From an uncultured virus (IMG/VR IMGVR_UViG_3300021256_000060) (lineage: Duplodnaviria > Heunggongvirae > Uroviricota > Caudoviricetes): a DNA stretch of 64,000 nucleotides. A model generated the notes under the pieces. The model was given only the letters and a program-made list of their open reading frames with translations. It ran no database searches and was not told where the DNA came from. Each line of letters opens with the position of its first letter. Within the stretch, counting starts at the first letter, position 1. Positions 48,481-57,802 of this stretch are shown here, piece after piece. The translations under genes were made by a program, and so were the position numbers. Location of the stretch: IMG/VR virus record IMGVR_UViG_3300021256_000060. The stretch is one strand, 5' to 3'.

Positions 48481-50850
48481 TTAGTATACTATCATGACCT
48501 TATTTACGTCAGCAAACATTTTCTTACCAGTATCAACAGTAGATCCTGTCTTGAACCCACTAACTGGGAATTCTTTCTGACTCCTTCCTTCTCTTACCAC
48601 CAATTTAGCATCAGGAGTACAAGTCCAGATTGTATGGATAGTATCTCCTTTAGTTAACTTGATAACTGATGTACCAGCTCTTCCTCTATTAACTCTACCA
48701 ATATGGTCTAATGGTAATCTATTAACATAACCATTCTTGGTTACTACTACCATATCAGTCATCTTAGGTAAGATGAAATTCATACCACTAATAATAGTGG
48801 AAGCAGTAGATACTCTATTACCTTTGGTAGCTCTTCTCAGATAAGGAACTTCTTTTGGATTCAAACGGATAACTTTGTTGGATGTATACAACATGATATC
48901 CATTTTGCTTGGCCCAAATAATACAGAGTTAACATGATCTCCTTCATCTACCCTTGCATATATAATGCCAGAGGTTGGGGCATTGATCACATCATCTATA
49001 TCTATCTTCTTAATATAACCTTGATTAGTTACTGTGAAGATGAAGTTCTTACTCTTACCCTTAGAAGTATCTGCTAAGTTCTTAAGAGTAGTTTCTCTAG
49101 CAGCTCCAATGATATTAGTAGTACAATATTTATTCAATACTCGTACATCAGTACCATCACTGCTAGGTTCAGATAATGGTATTTTATGAACTGGTACTTT
49201 GAATGCTTTCCCTAGAGCACTAAAGAGAACAATATCTTCAGCATTATCTGCTACTAAGACTAAATTCACTTTACCCATCTGAGATGGTGGAACCATATCA
49301 TTCACATTCATTTTCTTAATATAGTTATTAGTCATAATAACCATTTTAAACATACCAGGAGCTATACCCTTAATCTGATTCGGAGATACTAAGACACATT
49401 TCTTGGAATCATTATACTTAGCCTTGATATCTAGCATCTCTTTAATAATAACCTCGTCAATCTGCTTGGGATCTAACAGAATCTTCATAATCTGTTTAAT
49501 CTCTTCATTATAGGCTTTCATCCTATCCTGACATTGTTTCAAATATCCAGCAGATAATTCAGGCAAGGTTACTCTACTCATGAAACGTGCTTGTACTGGA
49601 GACATATTGAATTTCTTCATGAAGAATTCTATAATCTCCGATTTATCATGTGACTTAGATTTTCTGATTAGCTTAATTAATTGATCAATCTTACCAGACG
49701 TCAATAGCATGATATATAATTCAGTTTCATGAATCTTGGTCTTAAGAGTCTGTAGTTTGGCATTGAGCTTACGGAAGATACTCATTCTTCTAAAGTCAAT
49801 AAACCCTAACAGATATTCTCTATAGCCCATAGTAGCCAAGTTATTATTCTTGATAACGATTAGGTTAACCTGTCTAGTCTGACGAATATTGGTATTGGTA
49901 TATAGGAATTCTCTAACGAAGTTAGGATCAGTTCCTTTCTTAAGTACAATGATCTCTTCGAAGTTGTATAGTCTAGGAATCCTCTTATCTACACCAGATC
50001 TAGATATTACGTCGACTATAAATGGCATTTTACCATTCTTAGCCAGTTCCTTAATACGTTCATCAATCTTATAATAGAAGGTGAAGTCTGGAAGTGATCT
50101 TACAATAAGACACGGTTTCCCATCATATTCTCCTATATCTATTATACCTTGAGCTACATAAGTACCATAGCCAGTTTCGTTTATCTTATTCCAATCAGTA
50201 TCCATGATTTCACATGGCATGCACTCATCAGGAATGAGAGTAAACTTGGCTTTAGGATTACGCATCAGTTTAATGGTAACATCAATTACATCTCCTAGAT
50301 TATGACTAGGAATAGTAGTTTTGATACCAACACCAATACCCATCTGACCTAGGATTAGTAACACTGGAATTTTGGCCGGTAAGTATACTGGTTCCATGCA
50401 CTTATTATCATAGTTACTCATCCAGTCAGTAGCACGTTTATCTTCTTTGATATCATTGATGAAAACATCCATAGCGAATTGGGATATTTTACATTCATTA
50501 TATCGAGGCTGTGCAGCGTATGGATCAACCTTAGTACCCCATGAACCACTACCCTCCATGGTAGGATATTTTGTACTAAAGTCATTTATCATATTTCTTA
50601 TAGCTGAGTTTACACCAGCATCACCATGCGGATTGTACTTACGCATAACCTGACCAACTATGTTGGCAGTCTTGATAAACCCTTGTCCGCCAAAGTCATT
50701 AGCAGCGCACCATAGGATCTTTCTTATTACTGGTTTGCACCCATCTATAAAATCTGGAATAGCTCTGTCTCTAGCTACATAAATAGCATAAGCTTGGCTA
50801 TCATCTCTTGCTTGCACAGCAAGATTAACATCAACTAGTTTCTCTGCCAT
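48481..50850 (-). CDS. gyrA: type IIA topoisomerase (gyrase/topo IV) subunit A
   Basis: RAIPDFIDGCKPVIRKIL, YNPHGD, AAQPRY catalytic Tyr, IPSHNL, C-terminal beta-pinwheel repeats. Confidence 0.9.
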   Translation of the reverse strand: MAEKLVDVNLAVQARDDSQAYAIYVARDRAIPDFIDGCKPVIRKILWCAANDFGGQGFIKTANIVGQVMRKYNPHGDAGVNSAIRNMINDFSTKYPTMEGSGSWGTKVDPYAAQPRYNECKISQFAMDVFINDIKEDKRATDWMSNYDNKCMEPVYLPAKIPVLLILGQMGIGVGIKTTIPSHNLGDVIDVTIKLMRNPKAKFTLIPDECMPCEIMDTDWNKINETGYGTYVAQGIIDIGEYDGKPCLIVRSLPDFTFYYKIDERIKELAKNGKMPFIVDVISRSGVDKRIPRLYNFEEIIVLKKGTDPNFVREFLYTNTNIRQTRQVNLIVIKNNNLATMGYREYLLGFIDFRRMSIFRKLNAKLQTLKTKIHETELYIMLLTSGKIDQLIKLIRKSKSHDKSEIIEFFMKKFNMSPVQARFMSRVTLPELSAGYLKQCQDRMKAYNEEIKQIMKILLDPKQIDEVIIKEMLDIKAKYNDSKKCVLVSPNQIKGIAPGMFKMVIMTNNYIKKMNVNDMVPPSQMGKVNLVLVADNAEDIVLFSALGKAFKVPVHKIPLSEPSSDGTDVRVLNKYCTTNIIGAARETTLKNLADTSKGKSKNFIFTVTNQGYIKKIDIDDVINAPTSGIIYARVDEGDHVNSVLFGPSKMDIMLYTSNKVIRLNPKEVPYLRRATKGNRVSTASTIISGMNFILPKMTDMVVVTKNGYVNRLPLDHIGRVNRGRAGTSVIKLTKGDTIHTIWTCTPDAKLVVREGRSQKEFPVSGFKTGSTVDTGKKMFADVNKVMIVY

Positions 50851-51161
50851 TATTCTCCTCCAACGATTTCTTCTACCTGTATTTTGTATTGCTGAAAGAG
50901 TTCTTCGTCTTTAGCTGCTTTATTGAGTCTACCTAAGAGATATGCTTTTGCTTTTTTAATAAATTCTTCATCCATACGAAAGATGGAAAATTCTAAATAA
51001 ACGTCTCCAGCAATATCCTTAACAATGTGCTCAACACGTTTATCTTCCATCTCTGGTTTGATTCTAGTATATACTTTGTTTCCAAGAATCTCCAAAGAGA
51101 TCGTATGCTCCATAGAAGAATTCTCTTTGTTCATAACCAGCTTAGCTACAGGTGTAATCAT
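50850..51161 (-). CDS. hypothetical protein
   Basis: ORF with GGAGG SD. Confidence 0.55.
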   Translation of the reverse strand: MITPVAKLVMNKENSSMEHTISLEILGNKVYTRIKPEMEDKRVEHIVKDIAGDVYLEFSIFRMDEEFIKKAKAYLLGRLNKAAKDEELFQQYKIQVEEIVGGE

Positions 51162-51166
51162 AATAT

Positions 51167-51559
51167 TTAATCCTCCCAAAATGAATAACAAGATATTTGT
51201 GCATCTTTATCTTTAAAGATCCCATTCTGAAATTTCGGATATAGGGTCTCATAGAGATGTGATTGTACTATCTCTATCTCTTCTATATTATTTAAATTCA
51301 ATCCTCTAATTTGAATTAGATCATTAGCCTCTTCTATTGTTCCTAATAACACTTTGCTTGTAGTCTTTGGTTCAATGTAGAGACGCTTAGTATCTTGGTC
51401 TATCATGATATGATAAGTGTCTCTTAGCAAGTGAGCCTTTGGATACTTCTTCATACTAATACGCATTAACGCTAAATCTTCTTTAGGTGGTGGTGAAGTC
51501 TCAATCTTTTCTTTCTTCTTCCCAAACAACCAGTCGAAGATCTTTCTTAGAAAATTCAT
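51167..51559 (-). CDS. hypothetical protein with amphipathic N-terminus
   Basis: MNFLRKIFDWLFGKKK; early promoter at 51580-51588. Confidence 0.55.
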   Translation of the reverse strand: MNFLRKIFDWLFGKKKEKIETSPPPKEDLALMRISMKKYPKAHLLRDTYHIMIDQDTKRLYIEPKTTSKVLLGTIEEANDLIQIRGLNLNNIEEIEIVQSHLYETLYPKFQNGIFKDKDAQISCYSFWED

Positions 51560-51621
51560 AAATATCACTCTCCACCTATATAGTATATAACTTAACGTTT
51601 ACTTACTAGTATGAGTAGTTT

Positions 51622-53046
51622 TTAAAGATTAGGTAGCTTGGTCCCTAAATCAATATCTGGCCCTAGATGGTTATCATTTGGACGGAGCCGAGCATATTTA
51701 AACATCTTGATGTTTCCTAGAGTATTATGCATGTACTCCTTATCAATGTATACCACGAAATGAATTTCTGTAGAGGTTAAAGGTTCAGTAAAGGTTAGCT
51801 TCATATTCTCCCAATCAATAGCTACCTGAATATAATCTACCCAGTTAAATGCCATTATATTAATGAATCTAGATGGAGATATGGCATTGGCTTTAGTGGC
51901 ATCTATAACTTCTCTTAATTCGTTGATGAATATTGGATCTATATCTATAGTTACTGGCTGTTTATTATTGAAGGCCTCCATCTCTTCTTTAGTAGATAAT
52001 TCATATTTAGACCTAAATTCCCAAGGCCATCCATGCTCATCTACTGCAGGAATATTAGCTAGAGTCGTGATACCGAATAAGAATGATTTAGTATCCAATA
52101 CAGTATAGGATTCCAAATGTTCCCTCTGTATTAAAGAGTAGTATGCAAAGAATTTAAGATATGGGAAGAACACCTCACAAGTGAAATTTACTCCAAAATC
52201 ATTGTATATCATATTCCTCTGCTGACCTTGTTGTTTCTGTATTCTAGAGGTTCTGATATGAATTCTGCACCTAGGGATTCTCAAGAAGAATTCCATATTG
52301 CCAGTAGCTTCATTGAACTTATACATCAATGCTAGTTTACTTCTCATATTGAAGTAATGTAGCATATCATTAACCTCATACATACCGTCTTCATTACATA
52401 GACCTGCATCACAAGCTACTTGGCCGATAAGCTCATGAGGTATAGGATAATCTATATCTATATAGTTCTTTTGACTACCTCCTCCTCTAAATGCCATATC
52501 ACATAGAGCAAATACGTCATCTTGAACTGATTTGGTAGATACATGGATATTGAATCCAAACTCCATTCTAACTTCTCCAAAGGCTAGAGATATATAGGTA
52601 TTATGTTCTCGGTCAATAAAAAAAGCATCTCTATAATTACATCTATTATTGTATAAGGTTAGACCCAAATTATATAGGTCTATATTACTACGATTGTATT
52701 CAGTGTCCTCATCTACTGTAATATGAGCAGATGGTTTATTCGTCTTAATCAGTTCTCTCATAGTATATCTCTGAGTCTGATCATGAATGTGAGATAAATC
52801 TAAGTATTTATGCTTAAAGAAATTCTTTGGAAATCTCTTATAAAACCAGTTATTCATATATTGTATAGCTAGGCTGTATGACTGATATAACTGAGCAACT
52901 ATAAGATTAGTTTTGAGTTTATGGTGATTCGTTTTCTTTATATCTATTGGGAGTCCCTTAGTTACTCCAAATCTCTCGAGAACTTCTCGATTAGATAATA
53001 CCTTTACGTATCTTCCTGACTGATGATTTTCCATTTGAATCTTCAC
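51622..53046 (-). CDS. large hypothetical protein, possibly virion structural
   Basis: 474-aa ORF downstream of a late-type promoter (53263-53274). Confidence 0.6.
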   Translation of the reverse strand: MKIQMENHQSGRYVKVLSNREVLERFGVTKGLPIDIKKTNHHKLKTNLIVAQLYQSYSLAIQYMNNWFYKRFPKNFFKHKYLDLSHIHDQTQRYTMRELIKTNKPSAHITVDEDTEYNRSNIDLYNLGLTLYNNRCNYRDAFFIDREHNTYISLAFGEVRMEFGFNIHVSTKSVQDDVFALCDMAFRGGGSQKNYIDIDYPIPHELIGQVACDAGLCNEDGMYEVNDMLHYFNMRSKLALMYKFNEATGNMEFFLRIPRCRIHIRTSRIQKQQGQQRNMIYNDFGVNFTCEVFFPYLKFFAYYSLIQREHLESYTVLDTKSFLFGITTLANIPAVDEHGWPWEFRSKYELSTKEEMEAFNNKQPVTIDIDPIFINELREVIDATKANAISPSRFINIMAFNWVDYIQVAIDWENMKLTFTEPLTSTEIHFVVYIDKEYMHNTLGNIKMFKYARLRPNDNHLGPDIDLGTKLPNL

Positions 53047-53242
53047 ACCTTTCTATACAAGACCGAAGATCTTTATTCTGTTTTTCTAGCTTATCTATTC
53101 TATCTTTCATCTCTTTTGTAACTAATATAAAATGTTCATACTCAGTTTTCAGATGGTTATAACTACCAATCAACCCATTAACTCTCTTATTTAGAAGATC
53201 TATAGTTTGAGCATAGTTAACAAGACTAGGATCATTTACCAT
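52991..53242 (-). CDS. coiled-coil hypothetical protein
   Basis: GGAGG SD before MVND. Confidence 0.55.
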   Translation of the reverse strand: MVNDPSLVNYAQTIDLLNKRVNGLIGSYNHLKTEYEHFILVTKEMKDRIDKLEKQNKDLRSCIERCEDSNGKSSVRKIRKGII

Positions 53243-53326
53243 ATTAATATCCTCCTTTATCTTACAAGAATGTGGTAGAAAGCAAAAAAGAATACCCATC
53301 CAATACAGGATGGGTATTTCATTATT

Positions 53327-53659
53327 TTAACGCTTCATCTCTTCGGCAATATCGATTGTCTTTTCCATACCATCAGCCTTTGCTAAACTGTAGATACGGT
53401 TTCCCTTTACGTTGTAGTACCAATTCTTATACTGAGGGATATACTCAAAAGTATAGAAATCTACAGCTACAGAAGAGCCATTAATAAGTGTATGAATCTC
53501 TGCAGTAAACCATTCATCTCCTCTCCACTTAATAGTGGAATCATCTACTGCCCATTCCATGGATTCAGTAGATTTTACTTCTCTCAGGGCTGCTTCACTA
53601 GTATTATTAATACTGATCAAAGCGATAAGCATAGATACTACTAACATAACCTTTTTCAT
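53327..53659 (-). CDS. secreted protein (signal peptide)
   Basis: MKKVMLVVSMLIAL...SEA; paralog-like to the upstream gene. Confidence 0.65.
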   Translation of the reverse strand: MKKVMLVVSMLIALISINNTSEAALREVKSTESMEWAVDDSTIKWRGDEWFTAEIHTLINGSSVAVDFYTFEYIPQYKNWYYNVKGNRIYSLAKADGMEKTIDIAEEMKR

Positions 53660-53665
53660 TTGTTT

Positions 53666-54022
53666 TTACTCCTTTAAATAACCATATTTTATTAACCAAT
53701 CGACAGCATAAGACTGCCACCAATCAAGATAATCATAGAGAGGTTTTGGTGTATCTTGTCTATTCATAGATACAAACCAATCACCATGTACCTTATAGAA
53801 GATAACAGGGTCAGGATAGGTAACATATTCATTTGCCTTCATATCCTCCATTATTATCTTTACAGCAGCCCAACTCTTCTCATTATTAGTAACTATATTT
53901 TGATCATCTAACCAAAAGGCATAGTTTATATCAGAATACAGATACCAGTGAGTTGCTTCTGCTCCTTTCATAGGGATGAATAAACCGAGGGTAACCAGGA
54001 AAACCAAAAGTATCTTTTTCAT
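53666..54022 (-). CDS. secreted protein (signal peptide)
   Basis: MKKILLVFLVTLGLF...AEA; W..DD..I motif shared with the downstream gene. Confidence 0.65.
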   Translation of the reverse strand: MKKILLVFLVTLGLFIPMKGAEATHWYLYSDINYAFWLDDQNIVTNNEKSWAAVKIIMEDMKANEYVTYPDPVIFYKVHGDWFVSMNRQDTPKPLYDYLDWWQSYAVDWLIKYGYLKE

Positions 54023-54076
54023 TTTTCTTATACCTCCATTCACCTATATAATATATAGTCGAGAGGTTTATAGATA

Positions 54077-54622
54077 CTAATCGCATCGAGCTTCTATAAA
54101 TAATTTAATATCCTTCTTTAATGTATTGGTTATTCTACCTACTGAAGATATCCAATCTGTATTGAACCATACTGTAGACTCACAGTCAATAGCATTAAGA
54201 GATAATGATACGTCCCATGTTAGTTTATCATCAAAATTAAAACTGTGACCTAATGCAGCTGCATGTCTACTAAAGTGGATACCATCATATCCATTATTCG
54301 CCATAGCCTGATAATTGATCTGTGGTTTAAGGAATGCATTTTCGGCTTCTGGTAATTTGATTAACTCATCTGACAGATAATCATCGATATCTTTAATATC
54401 ATATACATTGGCGCTTGGCTTAGGAATTATTAAATATAGCTCGTCCTGTATCCAATCTGGCATATTATAGTAGCACCATTCTATCCATCCTATATCTGAC
54501 GGATTGTCTTTGAATGTACTAGTCCATAAGGCATGTTGAGGTTTATTAACTCCATTAGGTAATAGATTAAACCAACACTTATCAATAGAGAACCCATTGA
54601 TCATTACACATTGTTTATACAT
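54077..54622 (-). CDS. hypothetical protein
   Basis: NKP..ALWTS, W.EWC, YDGIH, DCEST.WFN. Confidence 0.65.
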   Translation of the reverse strand: MYKQCVMINGFSIDKCWFNLLPNGVNKPQHALWTSTFKDNPSDIGWIEWCYYNMPDWIQDELYLIIPKPSANVYDIKDIDDYLSDELIKLPEAENAFLKPQINYQAMANNGYDGIHFSRHAAALGHSFNFDDKLTWDVSLSLNAIDCESTVWFNTDWISSVGRITNTLKKDIKLFIEARCD

Positions 54623-54925
54623 ATTAATTCCTCCTTCACTAATATAGTATATATTACAAAAAAATATTAGTCGATAGCCAGGGAAGGATTATTAATAACC
54701 CTCCCCATACTATCTTTGTAGCATTAGTGCTGTTTGGCATTGGCGATGTAACCTACAAGGAGCCATCCCAAATAGAGTGCTCCTAAGATCCCAAAGCCAA
54801 CCATGATTTCCTCAAATGAACCACTCGTATACATAAGTCATTCCTCCTCTATAAATATCAGTAATAGATTGAAAAATATTTCTATCAAGCGGCATACAAA
54901 ATCAATCATTTCGAACACCCCCAGA

Positions 54926-55285
54926 TCAGAAATGAATATGGATATGAATTTCCTGCTTGTTTTCCTCGATAGGTACGTCGATATCATACTTTTTAAAGAA
55001 TCTGCAGATCTCCTTTGCGCTATCCTCACTAAGACGATAGGGGATAATTCTGGCAATATTCTTGCCTTCGATCTCCATCATCATTTTGTTGATCATTACC
55101 TTGGAATATAATTCATAGTCACGATAAATCGCACTCCGATCGTTATAGACTTTTTCATACTTCTTTTTGAGAAGTGAGAATGCTACCTCAAATTTCTTAC
55201 CAAGCTCTTCTTTCTTTTGAGTCTCAAAAGCCATTTTGCCTGCCACTTCCATAATGCTTCCAAAGATATCTAATGCGTTTGCCAT
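54926..55285 (-). CDS. hypothetical protein (cassette 3)
   Basis: ORF behind the repeated leader. Confidence 0.6.
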   Translation of the reverse strand: MANALDIFGSIMEVAGKMAFETQKKEELGKKFEVAFSLLKKKYEKVYNDRSAIYRDYELYSKVMINKMMMEIEGKNIARIIPYRLSEDSAKEICRFFKKYDIDVPIEENKQEIHIHIHF

Positions 55286-55287
55286 TT

Positions 55288-55336
55288 TAATTATCCCCTT
55301 TCTAAAATGGGGCTAGCAATTATACTAGCCCCTACA
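55288..55336. repeat. 49-bp intergenic direct repeat, copy 1 (hairpin + RBS)
   Basis: taattatcccctttctaaaatggggctagcRattatactagcccctaca; one mismatch to copy 2. Confidence 0.9.
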
Positions 55337-55340
55337 CATA

Positions 55341-55661
55341 TTAACGAGCTGCAGTTTTCTTCATAGCTTCAACACATCCATCTACGGATGCTTTTACTAC
55401 TGGAGCTACAAATGCTTCTAAGAACAGGCTTGCCATTGGGTTTTCTTTTTCCCATTTTGCTAATTCAGCTTTTCTCTTAGCTTCTGCAATTTTGGCCTTT
55501 CTTTTAGCTATTCTTTCTGCCTTTAATCTTGCTTCTCTTTCAGCCTCTTCTGCTTTTTTAGCTTTAGCAGAAAGGTATTTGATAAGAGCAACGAATGGGA
55601 GAAAGATAGCTGCCAGCGCTACAAGCATAACGATAATTTTGATAACGATAGTGGTGAACAT
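55341..55661 (-). CDS. membrane protein with charged helical tail (cassette 2)
   Basis: MFTTI start, N-terminal TM, KAE-rich helix. Confidence 0.65.
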   Translation of the reverse strand: MFTTIVIKIIVMLVALAAIFLPFVALIKYLSAKAKKAEEAEREARLKAERIAKRKAKIAEAKRKAELAKWEKENPMASLFLEAFVAPVVKASVDGCVEAMKKTAAR

Positions 55662-55663
55662 GG

Positions 55664-55712
55664 TAATTATCCCCTTTCTAAAATGGGGCTAGCGATTATA
55701 CTAGCCCCTACA
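55664..55712. repeat. 49-bp intergenic direct repeat, copy 2
   Basis: matches 55288-55336. Confidence 0.9.
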
Positions 55713-55716
55713 GATG

Positions 55717-55884
55717 TTAGTTGATAGACTTTAATGCTCTTCTTGCCGCTACAGCTTTATGCTTTCTAGCAAAATAAGCTTTCTCGGCTTCGTCTGCTTT
55801 TCTCTTCGCATCCTTTTCAATCTTCGTTAAGAAGAAGAACGGAACTCCGAATACTAAAGACAGAATGATAATAGTTGTGAACAT
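55717..55884 (-). CDS. 55-aa membrane protein, paralog of 55341..55661 (cassette 1; absent from ORF track)
   Basis: MFTTIIILSLVFGVPFFFLTKIEKDAKRKA..., AAGGGG SD. Confidence 0.65.
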   Translation of the reverse strand: MFTTIIILSLVFGVPFFFLTKIEKDAKRKADEAEKAYFARKHKAVAARRALKSIN

Positions 55885-56192
55885 GATAAATTACCCCTTT
55901 CTTTTAGGTAACTGATAGAGGATCATAACTATTTTACACATGTATCTATATACATATAACCTCTTATTCACCTCGATAATATACAATTGAAAATATATAC
56001 TTTTACGAAACACAGTCATTTACCATTCAGACAAAAAACGGTTAGAGGGGCATACAAGCCCCTCTTATCAAATATCACCATAATAATATATTAATATTAT
56101 TTTGAAAAATTGCAAAATATTAAGGAGTAGGTCATTATGACCTACTCCCTATGAGTATGATTTTATGGGTAAAACCTTGTGTATATATAAAA

Positions 56193-56736
56193 GAGTTATG
56201 GATTGCGTTAGCTACCTTATACCGGTTATCCTCTGCTTCAAACTAGAATAGCAGTAACCCTCTTCGAGTAGCACGGAATTGTAATAAGGATTTGGTTTAT
56301 CAATTTGGCGGGTTATCAGATTGGGCTCGTTAAAAATACTACCAGGTATAAAAATAGTTTTATCAGGTTATCAGTTTAGGTACGTATATCAATTTAACGA
56401 GTTATCAGTTTAGCCCATTTAAGCATCTTTGTATTTATGTGCTTAATTTGATTGAGGAAATCAATGTGACTCATTGTCCCCATATGTACGCTCAGAGGGA
56501 TTCGAACCCTCGTGATCTTTACGATCGGAAGATTTAAAGTCTTCTGTGTTTAACCACTCCACCACAAGCGTGAACCATTTTGGTTATGTATTAACAGCTT
56601 AGCAAGCTGGTGCAATCCTATTAGTCTTTTCTATTACCAAGAGGTAAGAGCATGTGGCCATAAGACATCTCGATTGCATTAGGAAAAGGCCCTAATTTGA
56701 TTGAGGTTAATTCAGCCTCGTAATCCATAATTACTC
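56193..56736 (-). ncRNA. large structured ncRNA with AAACUGAUAA-type repeats and an embedded tRNA
   Basis: complementary ends (56193-56207 / 56719-56736), many internal helices, six motif copies, terminator-like hairpin at 56125-56149. Confidence 0.6.
56487..56571 (-). tRNA. class II tRNA with UUA anticodon (ochre suppressor-type), no encoded CCA
   Basis: ACGCTTG/TGAGCGT acceptor, GAGTGGTTAAA D-loop, GAAGA-CTTTAAA-TCTTC, long variable arm, GGGTTCGAATCCC, A73. Confidence 0.8.
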
Positions 56737-57014
56737 TAATATATCATTATAGTGTTTCTCAGATACGTATTGGATTTCATCTCTTCGTCTAGTCTCATTC
56801 GCATTGCCTCGATAGCATCATATGCAGTATGTACATTTATCCATGTGTTTAACATACTCTGCAATGACTCTGAGAGAATACGTTCCAATTCACCAGCAAG
56901 TATAGAATCTTTCAGCTTAGGAACGATTTCAACATATAGAGTATGATTTGCTTCATTTATATCTACATAAATATAGTGAAACTCTTCTCTGTATCTGAAT
57001 CTGATGCTATTCAT
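56736..57014 (-). CDS. hypothetical protein
   Basis: ORF between the DIP1984-like gene and the ncRNA. Confidence 0.55.
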   Translation of the reverse strand: MNSIRFRYREEFHYIYVDINEANHTLYVEIVPKLKDSILAGELERILSESLQSMLNTWINVHTAYDAIEAMRMRLDEEMKSNTYLRNTIMIY

Positions 57015-57016
57015 GA

Positions 57017-57748
57017 TTAATAATCAATCTCTACTTTAGTAGAAGCATTGGCCTCACTAATAATAGAGTCGATCCGAACAATGTAATCATTGATTGCATT
57101 GTAGTACTTCTGAATAGCATTGTTGTTGACAAAGTCATGAGGATCGATACGAATGATCTCTACAAGAGCTTCTTCTTTAGCACGTTCCTCATTATATTTA
57201 TCCTGGCTCCAAGACTGTTTGCTGTCAGAGGGGAACTTACGTTCCATCTGATCTGCAACTTCTCTCTTAGCCCGATTCTCGTATTCAGCTCTCTCTTTCA
57301 AATCAGCAGTAAGAGTATTGAGAAGAGCATTAGCGAGACTCTTGAGCGGGTAATCCGTGTTATCGTAGCCAGTTTTGTTGGCGCGACCTTTATAGTTGTT
57401 CTTACGATTAATAGCCTCAGCGATAGTGATTTCTTCTTCTCCTACCTCTTTACCATTAATCAGATCACGGAAGTTAGGTTCACAAGGAACCGTAACCAAT
57501 GTATTGTGATTGGCATGAGTATGTGCCTTCTTGAGAGCGCTCAGTCGAGCCATCAGATCAGTGAATTGCTGGAACTGTTCTTTCTGATGATTGGTCTGTT
57601 CTTCTAGAGAACGAGGACCAACATACTGGCTGTTTTTCAGGCACCAAGTTACAAATCGAAAATCATTTGATTTAATCAGATTAATGATTTGTACCTTTAC
57701 TGATTTTTCCTCTGCCAGAACCTGAGTAAGTGTTAGTTCTTCGTGCAT
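57017..57748 (-). CDS. DIP1984-like helical protein
   Basis: LTxxLAExK start, ANHNTLV, TIAEAI, IDP, IDSIISEANASTKVEI end pattern (family recognised from memory). Confidence 0.55.
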   Translation of the reverse strand: MHEELTLTQVLAEEKSVKVQIINLIKSNDFRFVTWCLKNSQYVGPRSLEEQTNHQKEQFQQFTDLMARLSALKKAHTHANHNTLVTVPCEPNFRDLINGKEVGEEEITIAEAINRKNNYKGRANKTGYDNTDYPLKSLANALLNTLTADLKERAEYENRAKREVADQMERKFPSDSKQSWSQDKYNEERAKEEALVEIIRIDPHDFVNNNAIQKYYNAINDYIVRIDSIISEANASTKVEIDY

Positions 57749-57802
57749 GATTCTACCTCCATTACTTATCAGTTTAGTGTATATTAAAATCTAATTTAGC
57801 CG

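Noticed and set aside
46405..53046. Assigning 46405..47613 or 51622..53046 as sigma-like RNAP subunit or chimallin
   Set aside because: Size is suggestive at best; no motif I can recognise, so a profile or structure search is needed
56290..56415. CRISPR array or DnaA-box origin
   Set aside because: Repeats are ~10 bp with irregular 8-47 bp spacing and no constant-length spacers; they do not match TTATCCACA
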